From positions 81,764-121,763 of the forward strand of contig NZ_NEGE01000001.1 in the NCBI RefSeq assembly GCF_002135355.1: a stretch of 40,000 nt of DNA, read 5' to 3'. This document shows positions 33,360 through 40,000 of this stretch, piece by piece. The first letter of the stretch is position 1, and each line of letters opens with the position of its first letter. Under the pieces are notes generated by a model. The model searched no databases and was not told the origin of the DNA. It saw nothing but the letters and a program-made list of their open reading frames with translations. This stretch comes from Acinetobacter sp. ANC 4169. Its GTDB lineage: Bacteria > Pseudomonadota > Gammaproteobacteria > Pseudomonadales > Moraxellaceae. The position numbers and the translations under genes were made by a program.

Positions 33360-34403
33360 ATGGATGATAATAAAAGCAAGGCGCTCAATGCTGCCCTAAG
33401 CCAAATTGAAAAACAATTTGGTAAAAACACAGTTATGCGTCTTGGCGATAACACTGTACTGGCAGTGGAGGCGGTATCTACAGGTTCGTTAACCCTGGAC
33501 ATCGCGCTCGGTATTGGTGGTCTACCTAAAGGCCGTATCGTTGAAATTTACGGCCCTGAATCTTCAGGTAAAACCACCATGACTTTGCAAGCGATTGCAC
33601 AATGTCAAAAAGCTGGTGGTACTTGTGCCTTCATTGATGCCGAACACGCGCTTGATCCTCAGTATGCCCGAAAATTGGGTGTAGACTTGGACAACCTATT
33701 GGTCTCTCAGCCGGACAATGGTGAACAGGCACTTGAAATTGCCGATATGTTGGTTCGTTCTGGTGCAATTGACATGATCGTTGTCGATTCTGTGGCTGCA
33801 CTAACGCCTCGCGCAGAAATTGAAGGCGAAATGGGCGACTCGCACATGGGCTTACAAGCACGCTTGATGAGTCAGGCACTCCGTAAAATTACCGGTAATG
33901 CAAAACGCTCGAACTGTATGGTGATCTTCATTAACCAGATTCGTATGAAAATTGGTGTAATGTTCGGTAGCCCTGAAACCACAACGGGTGGTAATGCCCT
34001 TAAATTCTACGCTTCTGTACGTCTGGATATCCGTCGTATTGGTCAAGTGAAAGAAGGTGACGAAATTGTCGGTTCTGAAACACGGGTGAAAGTCGTGAAG
34101 AACAAAATGGCACCTCCGTTCAAAGAAGCGTTATTCCAGATTTTGTATGGTAAAGGTGTGAACCAACTGGGCGAACTGGTTGATCTTGCAGTAGCTCAAG
34201 AACTGGTACAAAAAGCTGGTGCTTGGTATTCATATCAAGGCGATAAAATTGGTCAGGGTAAAAACAACGTTATCCGCCATTTAGAGGAAAACCCTCAAAT
34301 TGCACAGGAACTTGACCGCCTAATTCGCGAAAAGCTGTTAACTCCCGTGACCAAGCCAATTGAAGAAAAAGATGAAGAAGAGCCAGACTTTCTAGATGCT
34401 TAA
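33360..34403 (+). CDS. recA: recombinase RecA
   Basis: 347 aa. Near-identical over most of its length to Acinetobacter RecA as I recall it ([41 protein letters not shown], etc.). Confidence 0.98.
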   Translation: MDDNKSKALNAALSQIEKQFGKNTVMRLGDNTVLAVEAVSTGSLTLDIALGIGGLPKGRIVEIYGPESSGKTTMTLQAIAQCQKAGGTCAFIDAEHALDPQYARKLGVDLDNLLVSQPDNGEQALEIADMLVRSGAIDMIVVDSVAALTPRAEIEGEMGDSHMGLQARLMSQALRKITGNAKRSNCMVIFINQIRMKIGVMFGSPETTTGGNALKFYASVRLDIRRIGQVKEGDEIVGSETRVKVVKNKMAPPFKEALFQILYGKGVNQLGELVDLAVAQELVQKAGAWYSYQGDKIGQGKNNVIRHLEENPQIAQELDRLIREKLLTPVTKPIEEKDEEEPDFLDA

Positions 34404-34443
34404 TCAGCATGATGTTAAAGTCGAATTTTTCGAGTTAAACTGT

Positions 34444-34468
34444 AAAACGCCCTACGGGGCGTTTTTTA
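34444..34468 (+). terminator. hairpin terminator/attenuator between recA and recX
   Basis: AAAACGCCC-TACG-GGGCGTTTTTT. Confidence 0.75.
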
Positions 34469-34490
34469 TTTGATGTGATAGATACACAAT

Positions 34491-35084
34491 ATGAGTAATC
34501 CAAAATTCCCCCAAATGCTTGACTATGAAGCACTCAAGCAACAATTTGATGAATCCCCTGCTGAATCTTCTATCTGCTCACATCCATCGAATCCAGATGC
34601 CCTACATTTTGAAACTGATCCACAGCCCAAAGCACAAGGCCTAACCGGTACACGGTTACGTTCTTATGCATTTGCTGTACTCACACGCAAAGAATATTCC
34701 AAGGCCGATCTGGTCGAAAAGCTGGCCTTATATGCCATGGATCGTGAGGAAGTCATAAAACTGGTAGATGAACTGGCAACCGAGAACTATCAAAGTGACC
34801 AGCGTGTAGCCGAAATGCTGCTGTCTAGCCAAAAACGTAAAGGCAAAGGTCCAAACCGGATTAAGCTGGCATTGAAAAACAAGAAAATTGATACAGAACT
34901 GATTCAGGAAGAATTAAAGGAAACTGACTGGAATGAGCAAGCTTATCAGCTCAAAGTGAAAAAATTCGGCAAGACTGTAGAACGAGATCCTAAACTGAAG
35001 GCCAAACAAATACGCTTCTTACAGTATCGAGGATTTGACCTTGATGCAATATTCAAAGCTATTAGTCGTCGTGAAGATGACTAG
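34491..35084 (+). CDS. recX: recombination regulator RecX
   Basis: 197 aa directly downstream of recA. Repeated three-helix pattern (..R.YA...L.R.E.S...L..KL; ..L.EL....Y..D.R.AE; ..KG.G...I...L..K.I), consistent with RecX. Confidence 0.8.
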   Translation: MSNPKFPQMLDYEALKQQFDESPAESSICSHPSNPDALHFETDPQPKAQGLTGTRLRSYAFAVLTRKEYSKADLVEKLALYAMDREEVIKLVDELATENYQSDQRVAEMLLSSQKRKGKGPNRIKLALKNKKIDTELIQEELKETDWNEQAYQLKVKKFGKTVERDPKLKAKQIRFLQYRGFDLDAIFKAISRREDD

Positions 35085-35128
35085 AATTTTTAAGATTTGT
35101 CCCGATTTAAAAAGTATCATTATTCATT

Positions 35129-35569
35129 TTAATGCTTATATTTATATTCGAAATTTTTTCGCAGAAAAGTCTTAATCTGATCATATTGATCCAGATATTC
35201 ATAAAGCTTTATATATTTGTGCTGACTCGATTTAGTCCTAATGTGCAAATGACTGAAACCGTTCACCATGCGCTCGTAAAAACCATCAATGTCTGAATAT
35301 TCAATTCTGGTTTGAAACAATCCCTGAATCAATAAGCATTGCTGCGTCAATACCACCTGATAACGCCACAATCGAATGAGATAGGCAAAGATACACAAAC
35401 TTTGAAGGATTAAAAAAATGATGACAAATATTTGACCAGCAAATGACATAAATGGCATGAACGGAATAAGCATGCTCATACTTATCAATAGAACCAGAAT
35501 ATAAAAAATGCTGCGAGTAATTTTAAAATAACGAGATATTGAGGAAATAATAGGAAGTGTGATTTTCAT
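35129..35569 (-). CDS. hypothetical membrane protein (2 TM plus a small C-terminal domain, possibly bacterial PH-like)
   Basis: 146 aa from the ATG at 35569 (MKITLPII...). The 35629 start would lie inside the SRP RNA gene. AT-rich, and I recognise no family with confidence. Confidence 0.5.
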   Translation of the reverse strand: MKITLPIISSISRYFKITRSIFYILVLLISMSMLIPFMPFMSFAGQIFVIIFLILQSLCIFAYLIRLWRYQVVLTQQCLLIQGLFQTRIEYSDIDGFYERMVNGFSHLHIRTKSSQHKYIKLYEYLDQYDQIKTFLRKNFEYKYKH

Positions 35570-35591
35570 TATTTTTTTATTATTTTTAAAA

Positions 35592-35708
<117 letters not shown>

Positions 35709-35719
35709 TGCAAGAACAG

Positions 35720-35747
35720 AGTATAGAGATTTTTATTTAACTTGCAA
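35720..35747 (-). promoter_or_regulatory. putative sigma70 promoter of ffs
   Basis: The minus strand reads TTGCAA (35747-35742), a 16-nt spacer, then TATACT (35725-35720), about 8-12 nt upstream of the start of the SRP RNA helix. Confidence 0.55.
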
Positions 35748-35994
35748 GCGTTCAAATCGCTTTTCTAGCCACAGCGCTTTCATTTGATTATTTAAAAAAC
35801 AATATGCAGTGTAAACGCCATTTTTACATGCTTTTTACCAGCACAATCAATTACTTTAAAACTACGACAAGATTGTAAATGCATATTGCATTTCATGGGC
35901 TGGACGTTTTTAATGTCGTCATGTCTTTTAAATGGTCACACTCTAAAATCTTGGGTTTAGAAAGTGCCGAAAAATACAAAATGGATGTTTTTTT

Positions 35995-36876
35995 ATGATG
36001 CTCAAACAGCATGCTTTATGTGTACTCACCTTACTGGGTTCCGCTTCACTTTATGCCAATGTCCCGATTGAATCACGTGATTTAAGTCAAAATAGCAGTA
36101 TTGAATCCAGTGCTAACAATGCCGCTATTAATTCAGGTGCAGCTGTTGCCAATGTGCCCACCAATCTGAATTGGCAGATCATGCAGAAAAACCAGCAATT
36201 AGAAAATGACATTCGCGCCTTGCGTGGGAAAATTGAAGAACAGGACAACGAAATTGAACAGCTTAAACACGAACTGACCAATCGCTATACCGACTTGGAC
36301 CAGCGTCTCGAGTTATTGCAACAAAAGGTTGATCCTGAAAGCGCAACTTCAGAGGAGGATAACCAACAGGATACTGCACCCAGCACCAACACAGCCCCAG
36401 TAGCAACCACTACCCAACCAGCAGCCAAAACTACAAATACGCAAGCACCAACTGCCAAGGCAAAAGCTGCCAATACGCAAGCAACGGCCATTAACGCTCA
36501 GTCTTCAGCTGAACTGGATAAAGCAGCCTATACTGTCGCTTTAGATGCCTATAAACAAGGTGGTGCAAAAAAAGCCATTGCACCCATGCAAAACTTTATT
36601 AAGAACAATCCCAATAGTGTCTATATTAGTAATGCCTATTTTTGGCTCGCTGAATTTAATCTGGCGATTGAACCCACCAATTATAGCGAAGCTAAAAAGA
36701 ACTATAATATTGTGGTCAATCAATACCCCAATTCTGCAAAGGCCTCACGCGCTCTATATCAGCTCTACAATATAGCCAAAGATGTCGATCATAACACTAC
36801 CTTGGCCACGCAGCTTAAAACCAAACTGCAAAAAAATTATCCTAAATCTGAAGAAGTGGGATACTTAAAGAAATAA
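35995..36876 (+). CDS. cpoB: cell-division coordinator CpoB (YbgF), coiled-coil plus TPR periplasmic protein
   Basis: 293 aa. Signal peptide, coiled coil (QQLENDIRALRGKIEEQDNEIEQLKHEL..RY.DLDQRL), a low-complexity T/A/P/Q linker, and a C-terminal TPR region (Y..A...YK.G....AI..MQ.FI...P.S.Y..NA.FWL.E...). Confidence 0.8.
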   Translation: MMLKQHALCVLTLLGSASLYANVPIESRDLSQNSSIESSANNAAINSGAAVANVPTNLNWQIMQKNQQLENDIRALRGKIEEQDNEIEQLKHELTNRYTDLDQRLELLQQKVDPESATSEEDNQQDTAPSTNTAPVATTTQPAAKTTNTQAPTAKAKAANTQATAINAQSSAELDKAAYTVALDAYKQGGAKKAIAPMQNFIKNNPNSVYISNAYFWLAEFNLAIEPTNYSEAKKNYNIVVNQYPNSAKASRALYQLYNIAKDVDHNTTLATQLKTKLQKNYPKSEEVGYLKK

Positions 36877-36908
36877 AAAAAAGACACCCGTTTGGGTGTC
36901 TTTTTTTT
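36875..36908. terminator. bidirectional terminator (cpoB / lpxA)
   Basis: AAAAAAAA-GACACCC-GTTT-GGGTGTC-TTTTTTTT. Confidence 0.85.
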
Positions 36909-36920
36909 AGCTATATTCGC

Positions 36921-37709
36921 TTAACGAACAATACCACGCTTAGATTGCTCTAAAGAATCAATCAATAACTGTGCCTCAGGCGCTTCAGGTAACAAATCCG
37001 TGCGAATCTGCTGTATGGCCTGTTCGGTTGTTAAACCTTCTTTATAAATCAATTTAAAGGCTTGACGTAAGGCCTGGATCACATTCTTAGACCATCCCTT
37101 ACGACGCATACCTTCAACATTCATTGCAAAGGCATGTGCTGGATTACCAGAAACCATCACATAAGCAGGTACATCTTTTAAAATCAGCGATGCGCCACCA
37201 ATCATGCTGTAAGAATCGATTTTGCAGAATTGGTGAATACCAGAGTTACCACCCACAACCACATGATCGCCTACATGCACATGTCCAGCAACACCAACAT
37301 TATTGGCAAAAATATTATGATCGCCTACCATACAGTCATGTGCAATATGAGTATTGACCATCAATAAATTATGGCTACCAATTTTAGTGAGTCCTTGATC
37401 TTGAACCGTACCACGATGCAAGCTGCAATGCTCGCGAATTGAATTGTGATCGCCAATTTCAAGCCAGGTCTCTTCGCCTGCATATTTTAAATCCTGACAA
37501 ACTTCACCCACACTCGCAAACTGGAAGATTTCATTATTTTTTCCAATTCGAGTATAGCCACCCACAACCACATGTGAATGTAGTTTGGTGCCCTCACCAA
37601 TAGTCACTTGTGGTCCAATAATACAATAAGGACCGATTTGTACATCTGCAGCAATCACTGCAGATGAGTCAATAATGGCGGTTGGGTGAATTAAATCGTT
37701 ATTACTCAT
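36921..37709 (-). CDS. lpxA: acyl-ACP--UDP-N-acetylglucosamine O-acyltransferase LpxA
   Basis: 262 aa from MSNNDLIHPTAIIDSSAVI. Hexapeptide repeats plus a C-terminal helical domain. Its ATG overlaps the fabZ stop (ATGA). The 37784 start would overlap fabZ by 79 nt, so I reject it. Confidence 0.95.
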   Translation of the reverse strand: MSNNDLIHPTAIIDSSAVIAADVQIGPYCIIGPQVTIGEGTKLHSHVVVGGYTRIGKNNEIFQFASVGEVCQDLKYAGEETWLEIGDHNSIREHCSLHRGTVQDQGLTKIGSHNLLMVNTHIAHDCMVGDHNIFANNVGVAGHVHVGDHVVVGGNSGIHQFCKIDSYSMIGGASLILKDVPAYVMVSGNPAHAFAMNVEGMRRKGWSKNVIQALRQAFKLIYKEGLTTEQAIQQIRTDLLPEAPEAQLLIDSLEQSKRGIVR

Positions 37710-38194
37710 GCCTGCTCTATTTTTTGATGCGAAACCATAATTTCCGCGGTTGTTGCTACAACGCCATCCACTGTGGCTATACAATTATATTTGTAAATGC
37801 CACGCTTGTGCATAACCAATTCTGCTTTTAATACCAATTGGTCACCAGCAACGACTTGTTTTTTAAAACGAACCTTTTCAGCGCCCGCAAAAAGAAACAG
37901 TGAACCTGGGCCAGGTTTTTCATTATTCATGATAAAACCAAGTATACCAGAGACTTGAGCTAATGCTTCAACAATCAATACACCCGGCATAATTGGATAG
38001 CCCGGGAAATGTCCCTGTAAAAACTCTTCGTTGATTGAAACATTCTTATAACCCACAATACCATTATCAGTCACATCCACAATACGGTCGACCAATAAGA
38101 AGGGATAGCGGTGAGGTAAATATTCACGAATTTGTTGAATGTGCATTGGCAATTCAGGCTTCGTAAATGCAGGAGTATTCGACTCAGTCATCAT
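37706..38194 (-). CDS. fabZ: 3-hydroxyacyl-ACP dehydratase FabZ
   Basis: 162 aa. LPHRYPFLLVDR, HF...P.MPGVL..EA.AQ motifs. Confidence 0.96.
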   Translation of the reverse strand: MMTESNTPAFTKPELPMHIQQIREYLPHRYPFLLVDRIVDVTDNGIVGYKNVSINEEFLQGHFPGYPIMPGVLIVEALAQVSGILGFIMNNEKPGPGSLFLFAGAEKVRFKKQVVAGDQLVLKAELVMHKRGIYKYNCIATVDGVVATTAEIMVSHQKIEQA

Positions 38195-38197
38195 AAT

Positions 38198-39265
38198 CTA
38201 TTTACGCTTAAAAGTTGATTCAAGGGACTCGATTTGAGCCTGTATATGATCAAGCCGTTTCAGTAATTGGGTCAATGGCACATCTGCTAATTGTTTAAAG
38301 CGTACAGCAGCGCGTTTCCAGTGCAAACTTTCCAGCATAGGCGTGCCAGAAGAGTAGCTTCCCGCCTCAGAAATATTTTTTGTGACCATTGACATCCCGG
38401 TAATCGTCACGTTATCGGCAATATTAATATGACCTACAACTCCAACTGCTCCAGCCAACACACAGTTTTTGCCAATTGTCGTACTGCCTGCAATACCACA
38501 TTTTGCAGCAAGTGCTGTATTTGCACCAATTTTTACGTTATGCGCAATTTGCACAAGGTTATCAATAATGACCCCATCTTCCAAAATGGTGTCATCGAGT
38601 GCACCACGGTCAATACTGCAATTTGATCCAATTCGGACATCATTACCGATTTTCACTGAACCTAATTGTGCAATACGATGCCATTTACCCTGATAAGGAG
38701 CAAAACCAAAGCCTTCTCCCCCAATCACCGTATTGGCATGAATACGGACGCGATCACCGATTTTTGTTTCACCGGTTAAAGTAACATGTGAATCAATAAA
38801 ACACTGTTGACCAATTTCTACATCATCATCAATTTTAACGTGTGATTGAATGATGGTGTTATCACCTACTACGCAATGCTCACCAATAACCACATAATGC
38901 CCAATATAGGCACTATCGGAAATGATGGCAGAAGGATGGATTTGTGCTGTGCTTTCTATCCCCTGATGCTGATTTTTCTTTTCAAAAACATGCGTCAGGA
39001 TGGCAAAAGCAAGATAAGGATTATCGACCACAATAAAGTTATTGTGCGTATCTAACTGATTTTTTAGAACTGAAGTAACAATCAGCGCACCTGCTTTTGA
39101 AGCACGTGCATGATCTAGATATTTATCAGCGTTTACAAATGCAATATGTTTCGCTTGAGCCGCATCTAAGCTGGCCAATCCTTCTAAAATTAAATCAGAT
39201 TGACCCACGTACTCGCCTTGTACCAGGCGAGCAAGATCTTCTAAGCGAAATTGTCTAGGATTCAT
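38198..39265 (-). CDS. lpxD: UDP-3-O-(3-hydroxyacyl)glucosamine N-acyltransferase LpxD
   Basis: 355 aa. N-terminal uridine-binding domain, a long left-handed beta-helix of hexapeptide repeats, and a C-terminal helix. Canonical position in lpxD-fabZ-lpxA. Confidence 0.95.
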   Translation of the reverse strand: MNPRQFRLEDLARLVQGEYVGQSDLILEGLASLDAAQAKHIAFVNADKYLDHARASKAGALIVTSVLKNQLDTHNNFIVVDNPYLAFAILTHVFEKKNQHQGIESTAQIHPSAIISDSAYIGHYVVIGEHCVVGDNTIIQSHVKIDDDVEIGQQCFIDSHVTLTGETKIGDRVRIHANTVIGGEGFGFAPYQGKWHRIAQLGSVKIGNDVRIGSNCSIDRGALDDTILEDGVIIDNLVQIAHNVKIGANTALAAKCGIAGSTTIGKNCVLAGAVGVVGHINIADNVTITGMSMVTKNISEAGSYSSGTPMLESLHWKRAAVRFKQLADVPLTQLLKRLDHIQAQIESLESTFKRK

Positions 39266-39268
39266 GGA

Positions 39269-39766
39269 TTACTTAATAACATTAACCTTTTGAATCATTT
39301 TATCAGTTAAATCATACTTAGAGTCATAAGCAAGCGCAGAATTTTTATTCAAAACAACATCCAAGTTATTTTCTTTACGCAATTGTTCTGCCACCTGCTT
39401 GATTCGACCATCCATAGTCTTGTTCATCGACTGAATAGTTGACTGTACAGTTGTCTGTACACTTTGCTGAAGCGTATTAAACTCTTGTAGCTGAGTCTGA
39501 AATTGCGTAGACATTTTCTGCTTTTCAGCATCTGATAAATTAGGGGTTTGTTGAGCACGTTGTTGCAGAGCTTCCAGTTGTTTAGCTAACTGTTCAAGCT
39601 TGGTGGTTTGCGGCTTTACTTTTTGTTGTAAAGAAAGATTTTGTTGTTTTAAATAAGTGCTGTTTTCTACCACTTTTTCCAAATCAACCACACCATAACC
39701 CGCAGCATGTACCATCGATGTACTTGCCAAACCTGCAAAAGCCAGACTCATTAATATTTTTTTCAT
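39269..39766 (-). CDS. skp: periplasmic chaperone Skp (OmpH)
   Basis: 165 aa. Signal peptide, then a Q/K/E-rich coiled-coil body. Sits between bamA and lpxD. Confidence 0.88.
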   Translation of the reverse strand: MKKILMSLAFAGLASTSMVHAAGYGVVDLEKVVENSTYLKQQNLSLQQKVKPQTTKLEQLAKQLEALQQRAQQTPNLSDAEKQKMSTQFQTQLQEFNTLQQSVQTTVQSTIQSMNKTMDGRIKQVAEQLRKENNLDVVLNKNSALAYDSKYDLTDKMIQKVNVIK

Positions 39767-39802
39767 GTAAATATCCTTTATTCAACCCGTTTAGAGTCGC
39801 AC

Positions 39803-40000
39803 TTAGAAAGTACGACCGATTTCAAACTGGATATTTTTAGTATCATCGCCGGCTTTTTCATTTAGCGGATAAGCATAGCTGAGAGATAATGGCCCAATCA
39901 TGGTAATCCAGGTAAAGCCAACACCTACGCTATAACGCATGTTATCAGCATCAAAACCAAAGTTATCTTCACAATACTTTTTGGCATCTATGCCCGGATC
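39803..40000 (-). CDS. bamA: outer-membrane protein assembly factor BamA, C-terminal 65 aa (rest outside window)
   Basis: Absent from the ORF track because it is open-ended. The minus strand translates to ...MRYSVGVGFTWITMIGPLSLSYAYPLNEKAGDDTKNIQFEIGRTF*, matching the BamA C-terminal beta-strands (E. coli ...GPLVFSYAQPFKK..GDK.EQFQFNIGKTW). Confidence 0.88.
   Translation of the reverse strand, partial: DPGIDAKKYCEDNFGFDADNMRYSVGVGFTWITMIGPLSLSYAYPLNEKAGDDTKNIQFEIGRTF

Noticed and set aside
37710-37784. Several ORF-track entries have long N-terminal extensions: lpxA 37784, nfsB-like 15280, DUF2237 20540, yrfG 31964, membrane ORF 35629, DUF4304-like 22544, His-phosphatase 31142.
   Set aside because: The extensions have no homology to the orthologues I can align. 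They overlap upstream genes, the SRP RNA or the IS repeat, or are AT-rich junk. Internal ATGs coincide with the orthologous N-termini.

Overview
This window reads as chromosomal core DNA of an Acinetobacter-type gammaproteobacterium. RecA, PutA, GlnS, TrmA, PpiB, LpxH, RraA and the lpxD-fabZ-lpxA-skp-bamA block all align by eye with the orthologues I remember, and codon usage is AT-rich. I support about 46 protein genes, one ncRNA (the SRP 4.5S RNA, invisible to the ORF track), one decayed IS6/IS26-family remnant, one nonsense-disrupted gene and about 15 hairpin terminators. I found no tRNA, rRNA, CRISPR array or intact mobile element. Gene order: putP / lrp-type regulator / putA, trmA, small ORF, fadL-like OMP, DUF2233, LRAT-like, SRPBCC, glnS, ppiB-lpxH, SieB-like ORF, hpaI-like aldolase, nfsB-like, two zinc-ribbon mini-genes, EamA, fba, lipoprotein, pgk, DUF2237-maf, DUF4304-like ORF plus IS remnant, roxA, disrupted ORF, sensor kinase and response regulator, GST-N protein, rraA, yraR-like, rpsT, His-phosphatase, cysQ, yrfG-hslR, recA-recX, membrane ORF, ffs, cpoB, lpxA-fabZ-lpxD-skp-bamA. 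I do not see a convincing multi-gene novel system. The places most worth a second look are small, AT-rich, apparently acquired loci: (i) a stand-alone SieB-like membrane ORF at 13.9 kb; (ii) the maf-roxA insertion at 21.6-23.1 kb, holding an orphan DUF4304-like ORF next to a decayed IS6 end; (iii) an orphan 7TM-sensor kinase / NarL-type regulator pair followed by a TGA-interrupted ORF at 24.3-27.4 kb; (iv) two tandem paralogous CxxC...CPxC mini-proteins at 16.2-16.8 kb; and (v) a tail-anchored LRAT/PLAAT-like protein at 9.2 kb. All family assignments come from remembered sequence patterns, not from searches.
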